Below, piece after piece: positions 37,998-48,837 of a DNA stretch of 64,000 bases (the stretch's first letter is position 1; every line of letters begins with the position of its first letter). A program made the translations under genes and the position numbers. The notes under the pieces were generated by a model. The model did not search any database. It saw nothing but the letters and a program-made list of their open reading frames with translations, and had not been told where the DNA came from. The stretch is from Bacteroidota bacterium (GTDB lineage Bacteria; Bacteroidota; Ignavibacteria; UBA10030; SZUA-254), in the NCBI GenBank assembly GCA_033854175.1, contig JAWOKN010000056.1, positions 3,736-67,735 of the forward strand. Direction: 5' to 3'.

Positions 37998-39344
37998 ATG
38001 AACAACGATATATCCATACTCATTGTCGACGATGAAAAGGTCGTCCGCGAATCCCTCTCGAAGTGGTTCAAGGAAGACGACTTCATCGTGGGCGCATCAG
38101 AAAACGCGGCTGAAGCCCTGAAACAGCTCCAGGTGCGGAAATGGGACATCATTCTCCTCGACATCAAAATGCCGGGGATGGACGGGATGGAGTTACAGCA
38201 GCGAATCCGGGAGATCGACCCCGGAGCGACGATCATCTTCATCACGGCGCACGCCTCGGTCGACACGGCGGTCCAGGCCCTGAAGGCGGGGGCGTTCGAT
38301 TACATCGCGAAGCCGATCGACCCCGACTACCTGTCGCATCTGATCCAGAACGCCATCAAGCAGCGGATCCTGACGGGAGAAAACATCCGTCTGAAGGAGC
38401 AGATCACCGAATTCGCGAAAGTCGATGAGATCATCGGCGACTCCCCGCAGATGAAGAAGGTCTTCGAACTGATCGAAACGGTGGCAAAGACCGACACGAC
38501 GGTCATGATCCGGGGCGAAAGCGGAACGGGGAAGGAGCTCATCGCGCGGGCGATTCACGGCAACAGCGAACGGCGGTATTTTCCCATCGTCGCCATCAAC
38601 TGCGGGGCATTGCCGGAGGGAATACTGGAAAGCGAACTCTTCGGTCATGAGCGGGGTGCGTTTACCGGGGCGCAGTACAGGAGAAAGGGAAAAATCGAGC
38701 TGGCCGACGGCGGCACATTATTTCTTGACGAGGTCGGCAACATCGGGATGAAGACCCAGATGGACCTCCTCCGTGTAATCGAGACAAAGCAATTTTCGCG
38801 TGTCGGGGGAAACGAGCTGATCAAGGTGGACTTCAGGACCATCTGCGCGACAAACAGGGATCTCGAGAAGGCCGTTCAGGAGGGCACCTTCCGTGAAGAC
38901 CTCTATTACCGTCTCAACGTCTTCTCCGTCCTCGTCCCCCCCTTGCGCGAGCGGAAGTCGGACATCCCCCTGCTGGCAAATTACTTTTTGAAAAAATACT
39001 CGCGATCGATGGGGAAGCCGATCGTGACCATCTCCTCGGACGCGATGGATCTGATGGTCAAATACAACTGGCCCGGGAACATCCGCGAGCTGGAAAACGC
39101 GATAGAGCGGGCGATGGTGGTCGGAAAGCCCCCCTGCATCAAGGCGGTGGATCTGCCGATACAGTTCTCCGATCTCATTGCGGCACCTTCGCTCGGATCT
39201 CTGGCATCGATGGAAAAAAGCCACATCGCCGAGATCCTCCGGATGAACAACTGGAACATCTCCCGGTCCGCGGAAGTCCTGCAGATCGACCGGGTCACTC
39301 TCTACAACAAGATCGAAAAATATGGCCTGAAAAAGCCGCAGTGA
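37998..39344 (+). CDS. Sigma-54-dependent response regulator (NtrC family)
   Basis: Receiver domain (LIVDDE…D54-like 'ILLDIKMPGMDG') plus an AAA+ sigma-54 activator (GESGTGKE, 'ESELFGHERGAFTGA') and a C-terminal HTH. Confidence 0.9.
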   Translation: MNNDISILIVDDEKVVRESLSKWFKEDDFIVGASENAAEALKQLQVRKWDIILLDIKMPGMDGMELQQRIREIDPGATIIFITAHASVDTAVQALKAGAFDYIAKPIDPDYLSHLIQNAIKQRILTGENIRLKEQITEFAKVDEIIGDSPQMKKVFELIETVAKTDTTVMIRGESGTGKELIARAIHGNSERRYFPIVAINCGALPEGILESELFGHERGAFTGAQYRRKGKIELADGGTLFLDEVGNIGMKTQMDLLRVIETKQFSRVGGNELIKVDFRTICATNRDLEKAVQEGTFREDLYYRLNVFSVLVPPLRERKSDIPLLANYFLKKYSRSMGKPIVTISSDAMDLMVKYNWPGNIRELENAIERAMVVGKPPCIKAVDLPIQFSDLIAAPSLGSLASMEKSHIAEILRMNNWNISRSAEVLQIDRVTLYNKIEKYGLKKPQ

Positions 39345-39880
39345 CGACAGCCATCCACATCATGACGACGGCGTCGCACCCGGTAACCGATCTCGGACAC
39401 ATTTCACACACCATACAGAGGATATTCAGCCTACCGGTCGACGTGGTCAAGGGGAGTTTAAACCCGGAGCGTGCGTTCGACAGCTCCCGCCGTCAGTACA
39501 ATTCCACAGCACTCATTGCGCACATCCTCTCCTCCAACGGGGGTGACGGGAGGAAAATCCTCGGGCTTGTGGATGTCGATCTCTTCATCCCGATCCTCAC
39601 CTTTGTCTTCGGCGAGGCACAATTCACCGGCTGTGTTGCTGTCGTCTCCTCCTTCCGTCTTGCGAACCAGTTCTACGGGCTTGAACACGATCCGATCTTA
39701 CTCCGTGACCGGGTCGAAAAGGAAATCGTGCATGAGCTCGGCCACACATTCGGTCTCCACCACTGCAGGCATTTTGACTGTGTCATGCGCTCCTCGACCT
39801 ATGTGGAGGAGATCGACTTAAAAAAGGTGGAGATGTGCGGCACATGTTCGGAAAAACTCCAGCTCATCACCGCGCACTAG
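39341..39880 (+). CDS. amzA: Archaemetzincin-like zinc peptidase (M54)
   Basis: 'HELGHTFGLHHC…DCVM' plus C-terminal 'CGTCSEKL'. The gene overlaps the activator stop by 4 nt. Confidence 0.7.
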   Translation: MTTAIHIMTTASHPVTDLGHISHTIQRIFSLPVDVVKGSLNPERAFDSSRRQYNSTALIAHILSSNGGDGRKILGLVDVDLFIPILTFVFGEAQFTGCVAVVSSFRLANQFYGLEHDPILLRDRVEKEIVHELGHTFGLHHCRHFDCVMRSSTYVEEIDLKKVEMCGTCSEKLQLITAH

Positions 39881-40097
39881 ACGATGCGCGAGCGAGCGCG
39901 CGCGGGTGCGGAAAAACAGAGATTTCACCCCTGCAAAAATCACATTGCAGGCTTTCATTTTTGATAAAAACGCATCCGTTTTTTGAGGTTTCAGAGTTGA
40001 TTCGGCACATTTTGGCTTATGCCTCAATGGAATGATTCTTGCATTTTACTTTGCGGTTTACTTCAATCTTTTACTTTCTCGAAAGGACATTTGAGCC

Positions 40098-43000
40098 ATG
40101 CCAGATGTAGCGGCAGGAAGAACATTACGGCAGAAGGTCACGCTTGACGGCAACGAAGCGGCTGCCTTCTCCGCGCACAAATTAAACGAAGTCATAGCAA
40201 TCTACCCCATCACCCCCTCCTCCAACATGGGGGAATGGTCGGACGAATGGTCGTCGCTCGGGAGAAAAAACCTCTGGGGGACGGTACCTCTTGTCGTCGA
40301 AATGCAGAGTGAAGGGGGAGCTTCGGGGGCGGTCCACGGGGCGCTGCAGGCCGGCGCGCTCTCGACCACGTTCACATCGTCACAGGGACTCCTCCTGATG
40401 ATCCCGAACATGTTCAAGATCGCGGGCGAACTGACCTCGACCGTCTTCCACATCGCGGCGCGCACGGTAGCGACCCACGCCCTCTCCATATTCGGCGATC
40501 ACAGCGACGTCATGGCGGTCCGGTCGGCGGGCTGGGCGATGCTGGCTTCGAACTCGATACAGGAGATCATGGACTTTGCCCTGATTGCGACGGCGGCGAC
40601 GCTTGAATCGCGTGTTCCGTTTGTCCATTTCTTTGACGGATTCCGGTCATCGCACGAGGTGATGAAAATCGAACAGCTTTGCGAGGACGACTTCCGGGCG
40701 ATGATGGATGACAAGCTCATCTTCCAGCACCGGGCGCGGGGGCTCTCGCCGGAGCATCCCGTCATGCGCGGATCGGCGCAGAACCCCGACGTCTTCTTCC
40801 AGGCCCGGGAAACCGTGAACCCCTACTATCTCGCATGTCCCGCGATCGTCCAGAAAACGATGGACAAATTCGCGCGTGTTGTCGGCCGGAAATACGAGCT
40901 CTTCCAGTACGTCGGTGCGGCCGATGCTGAGCGGATCATCATCATGATGGGATCCGGTGCGGAAACCGCCGAGGAGACGGTGGAGTATTTGAACCGGAAA
41001 GGCGGCAAGGTGGGATTACTCAAGGTCCGGCTCTTCCGGCCCTTCTCCATCGAGCATTTTTTGAAGGCGCTCCCCTCCTCGACCAAGTCGATTGCGGTAC
41101 TCGACCGGACGAAGGAGCCGGGAAGCACAGGGGAACCGCTCTACCAGGACGTTACCACAGCATTAAGCGAAGCCTTTGCCGGCGGCACGTCGCCCCTCAC
41201 GTCGTTCCCGAAAATCATCGGCGGCCGATACGGCCTCTCGTCGAAAGAATTCACACCGGCGATGGTGAAAGCGGTCTACGACGAACTTCAGAAGCCGGCC
41301 CCCAAAAACCACTTCACCGTCGGGATCAAGGATGACGTCACCCACACGAGTCTGTCGTACGACGCGAGTTTCACGACCGAAGCGGACGATGTGATCCGGG
41401 CCATCTTCTACGGTCTCGGAGCGGACGGGACCGTGAGTGCGAACAAAAATTCAATCAAGATCATCGGCGAGGACACCGACAATTTTGCGCAGGGGTATTT
41501 CGTCTACGACTCCAAGAAATCCGGATCGACGACCGTCTCCCATCTGCGTTTCGGACCCCGTCCGATCCACTCGACCTATCTGATCTCGCAGGCAAATTTC
41601 GTCGCATGTCATCAGTGGTTCTTCCTCGAAAAATACGACGTTTTGCAGCCCGTCATCCAGGGCGGAACGTTCCTTCTGAACAGCTCGTTCGGGCCCCAGG
41701 AAGTCTGGGACAACCTGCCGGTCAACATCCAGAAGCACATCATCGAGAAGAAGCTCAAATTCTACGTCATCGACGCCTACAACGTGGCGAAAGAAACAGG
41801 GATGGGCGGAAGGATCAACACCATCATGCAGACATGTTTCTTCGCCATATCCGGTGTACTCCCCCGGGAGGACGCCATCAAGGCGATCAAGCACTCCGTC
41901 GAAAAGACCTACGGCAAGAAGGGGGAGGATGTTGTCAGGCAGAACTTCATGGCCATCGACAAGACGCTGGCCAACCTCTTCGAGGTCAAGGTACCCTCGA
42001 AGGTCACGAGCACGATAACGATGCCCGACACCGTATCACCGAAGGCGCCCAAATACATCCGGGAAGTCACGGCGGAAATCATCGCGGGTTTCGGTGACAG
42101 GCTCCCGGTGAGTTCGATGCCCGTCGACGGGACATTCCCGGTCGGATCGGCGCAGTGGGAAAAGCGAAACATTGCTTTGGAGATTCCGGTATGGGAACCC
42201 GAAATCTGCATACAGTGCAACAAGTGCATCCTGGTCTGTCCGCACGCAACCATACGGACCAAGGTCTTCGATCCGAAACTCCTTGGGGGCGCGCCCGCGA
42301 CATTCAAGTCGATCGACTTCAAGGGGATGGAATACAAGGGTATGAAATACTCCATCCAGGTCGCCCCGGAAGACTGTACGGGGTGCGGGCTCTGTGTGGA
42401 CATCTGTCCTGCGAAGAGCAAGACCATGACCAAGGTCAAGGCCATCAACATGAAACCGCAGCCACCGATACGCGAGGCCGAGCGTGACAACTACGACTAC
42501 TTCCTGTCGCTTCCGGAAGTCGACCGGCGGACCGTCAAGGTTGACAACATCAAAGGATCGCAGTTCCTGCAGCCGCTCTTTGAATACTCCGGGGCATGTT
42601 CGGGCTGTGGCGAGACACCCTACGTAAAACTCGTCAGCCAGCTTTTCGGCGACAGGTGTGTTGTAGCAAATGCGACCGGTTGTTCCTCCATCTACGGCGG
42701 CAACCTCCCGACCACACCATGGACGGCGAACAAGGACGGAAGGGGGCCGGCATGGTCGAATTCACTCTTTGAAGACAATGCGGAATTCGGGCTCGGCATG
42801 CGGCTGACCATTGACAAGCACACCGAGATGGCGCGGGAGCTCGTGAAAAAGCTCTCAACATCGATCGGTGAAAACCTTGCCACGGCGATCCTCAATGCCA
42901 ATCAATCCGACGAAGCCGGCATCCACGAGCAGCGCGAGCGGGTACAGTTCCTGAAGGACAAGCTGCGCGAGCTTGCCACCCCTGATGGCAACAATCTCCT

Positions 43001-43733
43001 CACCATCGCCGACAATCTTGTCAAGCGGAGCGTCTGGATCATGGGTGGGGACGGCTGGGCATATGACATCGGGTACGGCGGGTTGGATCACGTGCTTGCC
43101 TCGGGGCGGAACGTCAACATCCTCGTCCTCGACACGGAAGTCTACTCGAACACAGGCGGTCAGATGTCGAAGGCCACATTCCGGTCGGCGATTGCGAAAT
43201 TCGCGGCCGCAGGAAAACCGACGGCAAAGAAAGACCTGGCGATGCTCGCCATGACCTATGGAAACGTCTACGTGGCGAAGGTCGCGATGGGGAGCAACGA
43301 TCTGCAGACCGTCCGGGCATTTCTGGAAGCGGAAGCCTATGACGGACCCTCGATCATCATCGCCTACAGCCACTGCATCGCGCACGGGATCAACATGACA
43401 CGGGGAATGCAGAACCAGAAGCTTGCGGTTGAGAGCGGTTACTGGCCGATCTTCCGGTACAATCCGATGCTGGAGCGGGAAGGAAAGAACCCGTTCAAGC
43501 TCGACTCCAAGGCACCCCGGATACCACTGCAGGAATTCACGCAGCTGGAGACCCGGTTCAAGATGCTCGAGAAGAGCTATCCCGAACGCGCAAAGCAACT
43601 GAGCGCGCTTGCCCAGAAAGACGTCTATCTCCGCTGGAAAGTCTACGAGCATCTGGCAAAAGAAGACGGCGATGGTGCGGCGCCGGAGGGGCAGCAGACA
43701 AAGAAACCCACAACCATGGGAGAGACGGTCTAG
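40098..43733 (+). CDS. nifJ: Pyruvate:ferredoxin (flavodoxin) oxidoreductase, homodimeric type
   Basis: 1211 aa with PFOR domains I–VI, ferredoxin-like Cys clusters ([12 protein letters not shown]; [12 protein letters not shown]) and a TPP domain ([13 protein letters not shown]). Confidence 0.9.
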   Translation: MPDVAAGRTLRQKVTLDGNEAAAFSAHKLNEVIAIYPITPSSNMGEWSDEWSSLGRKNLWGTVPLVVEMQSEGGASGAVHGALQAGALSTTFTSSQGLLLMIPNMFKIAGELTSTVFHIAARTVATHALSIFGDHSDVMAVRSAGWAMLASNSIQEIMDFALIATAATLESRVPFVHFFDGFRSSHEVMKIEQLCEDDFRAMMDDKLIFQHRARGLSPEHPVMRGSAQNPDVFFQARETVNPYYLACPAIVQKTMDKFARVVGRKYELFQYVGAADAERIIIMMGSGAETAEETVEYLNRKGGKVGLLKVRLFRPFSIEHFLKALPSSTKSIAVLDRTKEPGSTGEPLYQDVTTALSEAFAGGTSPLTSFPKIIGGRYGLSSKEFTPAMVKAVYDELQKPAPKNHFTVGIKDDVTHTSLSYDASFTTEADDVIRAIFYGLGADGTVSANKNSIKIIGEDTDNFAQGYFVYDSKKSGSTTVSHLRFGPRPIHSTYLISQANFVACHQWFFLEKYDVLQPVIQGGTFLLNSSFGPQEVWDNLPVNIQKHIIEKKLKFYVIDAYNVAKETGMGGRINTIMQTCFFAISGVLPREDAIKAIKHSVEKTYGKKGEDVVRQNFMAIDKTLANLFEVKVPSKVTSTITMPDTVSPKAPKYIREVTAEIIAGFGDRLPVSSMPVDGTFPVGSAQWEKRNIALEIPVWEPEICIQCNKCILVCPHATIRTKVFDPKLLGGAPATFKSIDFKGMEYKGMKYSIQVAPEDCTGCGLCVDICPAKSKTMTKVKAINMKPQPPIREAERDNYDYFLSLPEVDRRTVKVDNIKGSQFLQPLFEYSGACSGCGETPYVKLVSQLFGDRCVVANATGCSSIYGGNLPTTPWTANKDGRGPAWSNSLFEDNAEFGLGMRLTIDKHTEMARELVKKLSTSIGENLATAILNANQSDEAGIHEQRERVQFLKDKLRELATPDGNNLLTIADNLVKRSVWIMGGDGWAYDIGYGGLDHVLASGRNVNILVLDTEVYSNTGGQMSKATFRSAIAKFAAAGKPTAKKDLAMLAMTYGNVYVAKVAMGSNDLQTVRAFLEAEAYDGPSIIIAYSHCIAHGINMTRGMQNQKLAVESGYWPIFRYNPMLEREGKNPFKLDSKAPRIPLQEFTQLETRFKMLEKSYPERAKQLSALAQKDVYLRWKVYEHLAKEDGDGAAPEGQQTKKPTTMGETV

Positions 43734-43768
43734 GCCGTCGTACCCCGACTGATCTCAAGGACAGACAC

Positions 43769-44758
43769 ATGGATCTCTCAACCACATACCTCGGACTCAA
43801 ACTCAAAAACCCGATCGTCCCGTCGGCCGGGCCGCTGTCGCGCTCGCTCGACAGCATGAGAAGGCTGGAGGAAGCGGGAGCCTCTGCGATTGTCATTCAC
43901 TCCCTCTTCGAGGAGCAGATCGCGCACGAGACGGCGGAATTGTACCACTACCTCTCGTACGGAACGGAAAGCTTTGCGGAAGCGCTGACCTATTTCCCCG
44001 AGCTGCAGCAATACGACCGGGGGCCGGAAGAATACGTCGAGTTCATCCACACGGCAAAGAACTCGCTGACGATTCCGGTGATCGGCAGTCTCAACGGGAT
44101 CTCGGTGGGCGGTTGGATCAAGTATGCGAGAAAGATCCAGGAGGCGGGAGCAGATGCGATCGAGCTGAACATCTATTACATCCCGACCGATCCCGAGCTG
44201 CGGGGGATCGATGTGGAGGACCGGTATCTCGAGGTCCTCTACGCGGTAAAGGAAACCGTGACAATCCCGGTGGCGGTCAAGCTCAGCCCGTTTTTCAGTT
44301 CGCTCGCGCATTTCGCGAAGCGGCTCGACCATGCGGGGGCGAACGGGCTCGTCCTCTTCAACCGGTTCTACCAGCCCGACATCGACCTCGAATCACTTGA
44401 AGTAACGCCCAACGTCATCCTCAGCACCCCCCATGCACTGCGGCTTCCCATGCGGTGGATAGCGATACTCTCGGGGAACATCAAGGCGAGTCTTGCCGCG
44501 ACGAGCGGGATCCACACGGCGGAGGACGTCCTCAAGATGCTCCTTGTCGGGGCCGATGTGACCATGATGTGTTCGGCCCTCTTAAAAAACGGGCCGTCGT
44601 ACCTGGCCGATGTCCTCCAGAGCGTGGAACGGTGGATGATCGAGCGGGAATACCTCTCCCTGCAGCAGATGAAGGGAAGCATGAACCAGCGGTCCATTGC
44701 AGATCCCTCGGCCTTTGAACGCGCCAATTACATGAAAGCACTCCACAGTTACAAATAA
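43769..44758 (+). CDS. Dihydroorotate-dehydrogenase-family (class 1-like) FMN TIM-barrel oxidoreductase
   Basis: DHOD-like pattern (…NPIVPSAGP…IGSLNG…ELNIYY…VAVKLSPF…GLVLFNR…). It sits immediately after PFOR. Confidence 0.65.
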   Translation: MDLSTTYLGLKLKNPIVPSAGPLSRSLDSMRRLEEAGASAIVIHSLFEEQIAHETAELYHYLSYGTESFAEALTYFPELQQYDRGPEEYVEFIHTAKNSLTIPVIGSLNGISVGGWIKYARKIQEAGADAIELNIYYIPTDPELRGIDVEDRYLEVLYAVKETVTIPVAVKLSPFFSSLAHFAKRLDHAGANGLVLFNRFYQPDIDLESLEVTPNVILSTPHALRLPMRWIAILSGNIKASLAATSGIHTAEDVLKMLLVGADVTMMCSALLKNGPSYLADVLQSVERWMIEREYLSLQQMKGSMNQRSIADPSAFERANYMKALHSYK

Positions 44759-44772
44759 CCAATGGAAAATCT

Positions 44773-45228
44773 ATGAGCATATTTTTTAGCCGTCAATGCG
44801 AGTACGCCCTTCAGGCGGTCATGTACATCGCCCTCAAACCGGAGAACGAGATGAGTTCGATCCGCGAGCTGTCGCGGACGCTCGGCATCCCGTATCATTT
44901 CCTTGCAAAAATCCTCCAGGACCTCACGCGGAAAGGATTGCTGACATCCCTGAAAGGTTCCACCGGCGGGTACATGCTTGCGATGCCGAAGGAAACCATC
45001 ACACCGTTCCACATCGTCGATGCCATTGACGGATCAAGTTTTCTGAACAATTGTCTCCTCGGTTTTTCATCCTGCTCAAGCGAAAAACCGTGCGCGTTGC
45101 ATTCCCAATGGGAGGGTATGCGGGAGAAACTCAATACCATGCTGAAATCGACCAACATCTATGAGGCGGCGCTCAGCATGAAGAAACCGCAATATCTCCA
45201 TAATCAACCCGGGCCAAGCACCACCTGA
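44773..45228 (+). CDS. Rrf2-family transcriptional regulator, IscR/NsrR/RirA-like with Cys ligands
   Basis: N-terminal HTH (…ALQAVMYIAL…SSIRELSRTLGIPYHFLAKILQDLTRKGLL…KGSTGGY) and a 'CLLGFSSCSSEKPC' three-Cys cluster. Confidence 0.85.
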   Translation: MSIFFSRQCEYALQAVMYIALKPENEMSSIRELSRTLGIPYHFLAKILQDLTRKGLLTSLKGSTGGYMLAMPKETITPFHIVDAIDGSSFLNNCLLGFSSCSSEKPCALHSQWEGMREKLNTMLKSTNIYEAALSMKKPQYLHNQPGPSTT

Positions 45229-45230
45229 TG

Positions 45231-45256
45231 AATATCGGATAAATCTATCCGATATT
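45231..45256. promoter_or_regulatory. Perfect 11-bp inverted repeat operator-like site immediately after the Rrf2 gene stop
   Basis: AATATCGGATA-AATC-TATCCGATATT. The core recurs upstream of feoAB at 7704..7729. Confidence 0.45.
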
Positions 45257-45522
45257 GGCACAGATGTTGCACTACTAGAGCTGAAGAAATACAAAGGCCG
45301 GTTCTTCCCTCTGTATTAGAGACCTTTTTGATCATCAGAAGAATCCCTTTTTTAAGAATGAGAAATCAGCAGTTTACGGCTATAAGAAGTGACACCGTGC
45401 CCCCTCCTTCCGCTGCATTTGCCGTTGCACCGCAAAATGGACTATCCCCGTATAAAGCCGAAGGCGCCAGGTCCGGGCGTCTGAGTATAAAAAAGCTCTC
45501 ACCCGCGCTCCGCAAACCGAAA

Positions 45523-46578
45523 ATGGGTTACCGGAACGAAACAGGCATACGCCGAATCCTCCTGAGGCTCAGGGAAGATTCACAGTTCCTCCGTTCGGTC
45601 ATACAGACAGCGTTCCTGCTGCTTTGCATCTGGATCGGGATAGAGTTCTATTTATTCGTGAAATGGGGTGCCTCGGGAGGTGTGGAGGCCTATCATATGC
45701 GGCCTCCCGGTGTGGAAGGATTTCTGCCGATCAGCGCTCTGATCAGCCTGAAATATTTCCTGCAGACCGGCATCATCAACAGCGTCCATCCCTCGGGATT
45801 ATTCATCTTCGCAGCGATTCTGGTAATAGGATTTTTCTTTAAAAAAGCCTTCTGCAGCTGGCTCTGTCCGATCGGCACAATAAGTGAATCCCTCTGGACC
45901 TTCGGCCGGAAACTCTTCGGGAAAAATATCGTCCTACCCCGATGGCTCGATTATCCGCTCCGTTCCATCAAATACCTGCTCCTGTTGTTTTTTGCCTACA
46001 TCATCTGGAGCATGAGCATCGATGGCCTCCAGTTTTTCATACAAAGCCCGTACAACCAGGTAGCAGACGTCAAGATGTACTACTTTTTCGCACGGATCAG
46101 CACCTTTGCCCTCTGGACCATCATCATCCTTGCGATCCTGTCGGTCTTCATCAAAAACTTCTGGTGCCGGTATCTCTGTCCCTACGGAGCGCTCCTGGGC
46201 ATCACCGGATTATTCAGTCCGTTAAAGATCACGCGGAATACGACAACATGCATCGACTGCGAACTCTGCACGAAAGTCTGTCCGGCCAGCATCAGGGTCC
46301 ACGCGCTGAAGAAGGTGAGAAGTGATGAATGCATGAGCTGTCTTGAATGCGTGCAGATCTGTCCGGTAAAAAACACACTTGAAGTTCAGCCCCCCGCGGG
46401 GAACGCGAAAGTCCCCGGATGGATCTTCGGGCTTCTCGTCGCCGGGGTATTCGTCGGGATCACCGGTCTTGCGATGCTCGCCGGGCACTGGCAGAATTCA
46501 ATCACAAAGGCAGAATACCTGAACCACTTCCGGAACATCGAATCCCACGTCTATTCCCATGAAGACGCGATCCGATAA
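45523..46578 (+). CDS. NapH/MauN/NosR-like polytopic membrane protein with ferredoxin-type and CxxCP motifs
   Basis: 'FCSWLCPIGT', 'WCRYLCPYGALLG', 'CIDCELCTKVCP' and 'CMSCLECVQICP'. The start was taken at the ATG at 45523; the ORF is open from 45328. Confidence 0.65.
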   Translation: MGYRNETGIRRILLRLREDSQFLRSVIQTAFLLLCIWIGIEFYLFVKWGASGGVEAYHMRPPGVEGFLPISALISLKYFLQTGIINSVHPSGLFIFAAILVIGFFFKKAFCSWLCPIGTISESLWTFGRKLFGKNIVLPRWLDYPLRSIKYLLLLFFAYIIWSMSIDGLQFFIQSPYNQVADVKMYYFFARISTFALWTIIILAILSVFIKNFWCRYLCPYGALLGITGLFSPLKITRNTTTCIDCELCTKVCPASIRVHALKKVRSDECMSCLECVQICPVKNTLEVQPPAGNAKVPGWIFGLLVAGVFVGITGLAMLAGHWQNSITKAEYLNHFRNIESHVYSHEDAIR

Positions 46579-47365
46579 ATCTCTCCGGGCGTTTTACGAC
46601 ACTCTGGCGCCGGACTACGACCTGATGACGGCATTCAACGATCGCGTCGCGAGAGAGGAGGAATTCTTCCGTTTCCTTGCAAAAAAATATCACATTCGCA
46701 CCGCAATCGATGCAGGCTGCGGGACGGGAGTTCACTCGATACTTCTTGCCAGGCTGGGCGTGAAGGTCACTGCTGTGGACATATCGCGGAAAATGATCAC
46801 GGCGACGAGAGCCAATGCACAAAAATTTCACCTCCCGATAAGAGGAGTAGAATCGTCATTCGGTGAAATGGCAAAAAAATTGGATACCGTCGCCGACGCC
46901 CTCTTTTGCATGGGAAATTCCCTGGCGCACATGCTGACGGAGGAGGAATTACTCGACAGCCTGGCAAATTTCCGTGCACTCCTCAGGCCGAAGGGACTTT
47001 TGGTACTCCAGCTGGGAAATTACGACCGAATACTCAAAGAGAGGGCACGTCTGCAGCATGTGAGGGATTCCGGAGGAAAAAGCTTCGTGCGATCGTACTG
47101 CTACCTTCAATCTTTAATATCCTTCAGTATAGATATCAAGACTTCAGCCAGGGGGAGAACATTGAAGAACATCAGAATAAAGCTGAACCCAATCCGCAGC
47201 GGATATCTTCAAAGGCTCCTCATCCGGTCAGGATTCACAGTGATGGCAGAATACGGAAGCCTGCAAAAGGAGCCATTTTCGAAGGGTAGGTCGCGCGATG
47301 TAATCATCCTGGCCAAAAAGGCATACATGCGAATCTTTTCCTCATTTCCTGCATCATATAGATGA
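46559..47365 (+). CDS. Class I SAM-dependent methyltransferase
   Basis: Motif I 'IDAGCGTGVHSILLA' plus motif II/III context. Confidence 0.75.
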   Translation: MKTRSDKSLRAFYDTLAPDYDLMTAFNDRVAREEEFFRFLAKKYHIRTAIDAGCGTGVHSILLARLGVKVTAVDISRKMITATRANAQKFHLPIRGVESSFGEMAKKLDTVADALFCMGNSLAHMLTEEELLDSLANFRALLRPKGLLVLQLGNYDRILKERARLQHVRDSGGKSFVRSYCYLQSLISFSIDIKTSARGRTLKNIRIKLNPIRSGYLQRLLIRSGFTVMAEYGSLQKEPFSKGRSRDVIILAKKAYMRIFSSFPASYR

Positions 47366-47452
47366 ATGGGCAGAGTATTTTCCCGAAACGGCGATGAAGT
47401 GAAAAATCGGGCAATTAGACACCAGACATGAAATGAAACGGAGCAAGTAATC

Positions 47453-47917
47453 ATGAGCACAAAGCAGGCAACAATACATCAGCTTCAGGGAACAACGCTT
47501 CTGGCAAAAAGCGATTCAAATCACTGGGTTGTCATGGACGGGTCTCCGACCTTCGGGGGAAGCAGTGCCGGATCGAGTCCCAAGGAATTACTTCTCATGG
47601 CACTCGGGGGTTGCACTGCCAACGACGTGATCCCGATTCTGAAGAAAAAGCGTGTCCCCCTTCAAAAACTTGAAATACGGGTAACAGGAAACACGCGGGA
47701 CGAACACCCGCAGATCTTCACCAACATCAACATCGAATATATATTTTACGGTAATGGCCTGGACACAGAAGCGCTCGAACGGGCGATAGAACTCTCAACG
47801 ACAAAATACTGTTCAATTTCCGCGATGCTCCGGAGCTCAGTAGAAATAACGCATTCATACCGGCAGGTCGGTGTGCAGGAAGAAGCACCCGCCGAAATGC
47901 TCGTGGAGAACAACTGA
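47453..47917 (+). CDS. OsmC/Ohr-family protein (paralog of 25819..26253)
   Basis: 'MSTKQATIHQLQGTTLLAKSDSNHWVVMDG…LLLMALGGCTANDV…KYCSISAML'. Confidence 0.8.
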   Translation: MSTKQATIHQLQGTTLLAKSDSNHWVVMDGSPTFGGSSAGSSPKELLLMALGGCTANDVIPILKKKRVPLQKLEIRVTGNTRDEHPQIFTNINIEYIFYGNGLDTEALERAIELSTTKYCSISAMLRSSVEITHSYRQVGVQEEAPAEMLVENN

Positions 47918-48006
47918 TACCTGAGGGATCTCACAAATCCCTGAGCGTGAGATGGACAACAACCACAGGAATACACCACAAACACAGAACGGAGCTGCAT
48001 CACCCT

Positions 48007-48240
48007 ATGCCTATTTTTGAATACCGCTGCACGCACTGCGATCAAGTCTTCGATATCCTCCACAAAGGCCGTGAAATTACCGCCGACGTCATCTGTCCGT
48101 CGTGCGGATCGACGGAGTACAAAAAACTCATCTCCGCTCCATCGGTTTCCGTGGGGCAGTCATCGGGAACCGATTCCTTTTCCGGGCCTTCATGCGGAGC
48201 CGACGGAGGATGTTGCGGAGGCTCATGCCAGGTAAATTAA
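48007..48240 (+). CDS. FmdB-family zinc-ribbon protein
   Basis: 'MPIFEYRCTHCDQVFDIL…VICPSCGSTEYKKLISAPS' with a Gly/Cys-rich tail. Confidence 0.6.
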   Translation: MPIFEYRCTHCDQVFDILHKGREITADVICPSCGSTEYKKLISAPSVSVGQSSGTDSFSGPSCGADGGCCGGSCQVN

Positions 48241-48256
48241 CCGGCCAGGAAACAGT

Positions 48257-48634
48257 ATGAGCCCCACACTTCTTATCATCCTATCAGTCATCGCATTATT
48301 CCTGGTTTTCAGAATCCGCCGATGGTTCGTCCAGCGGTCGGTAAAGCAATATACACCGGCGGAGGCGCAGCAATCCCCGAATAAAATATTTCTCGACGTC
48401 CGGACGGGTGCGGAGCGGGCCCAGGGGTCGATCAGGGGATCGATCCACATTCCGCTCCACGAACTCTCCCGTCGGATCAACGAACTGCGGCCACACATGA
48501 ACCGAGAAATCATCTGTTACTGTCAATCGGGGAGCAGAAGCATCGCAGCCTCGTCGATTCTCCAGCGTCACGGATACACTGTGGCAAACCTCAAAGGAGG
48601 GATAGCCGAATGGAATTTCCAAAACCTCCGGTAA
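48257..48634 (+). CDS. Rhodanese-domain sulfurtransferase with an N-terminal transmembrane anchor
   Basis: Active-site loop 'CQSGSRS', plus 'IFLDVRTGAERAQGSIRGSIHIP'. Confidence 0.8.
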   Translation: MSPTLLIILSVIALFLVFRIRRWFVQRSVKQYTPAEAQQSPNKIFLDVRTGAERAQGSIRGSIHIPLHELSRRINELRPHMNREIICYCQSGSRSIAASSILQRHGYTVANLKGGIAEWNFQNLR

Positions 48635-48837
48635 TTTTAATAAAATCAGCCGCCCCGATCGTCGGCGGGATCATGGGTTTCGCGTACTACAAATTTGTCG
48701 GATGCACAACGGGAGCCTGTCCGATAACGGGTAACCCGTTTATCAGCACACTCTATGGGGCGCTTCTCGGGTATCTCATCGGATCCCAGTTTACCAGAAC
48801 ATCACCACCGGACAGCAAACAAACGGACACTTTATGA
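48610..48837 (+). CDS. Small membrane protein with a 'GCTTGACP' motif (YgaP/DUF-type often found beside rhodanese)
   Basis: 75 aa, two hydrophobic segments and CxxGxCP. The start may lie at an internal Met. Confidence 0.4.
   Translation: MEFPKPPVILIKSAAPIVGGIMGFAYYKFVGCTTGACPITGNPFISTLYGALLGYLIGSQFTRTSPPDSKQTDTL

Noticed and set aside
42855-43652. 265-aa minus-strand ORF inside PFOR
   Set aside because: Antisense shadow within a 1211-aa confidently identified gene.
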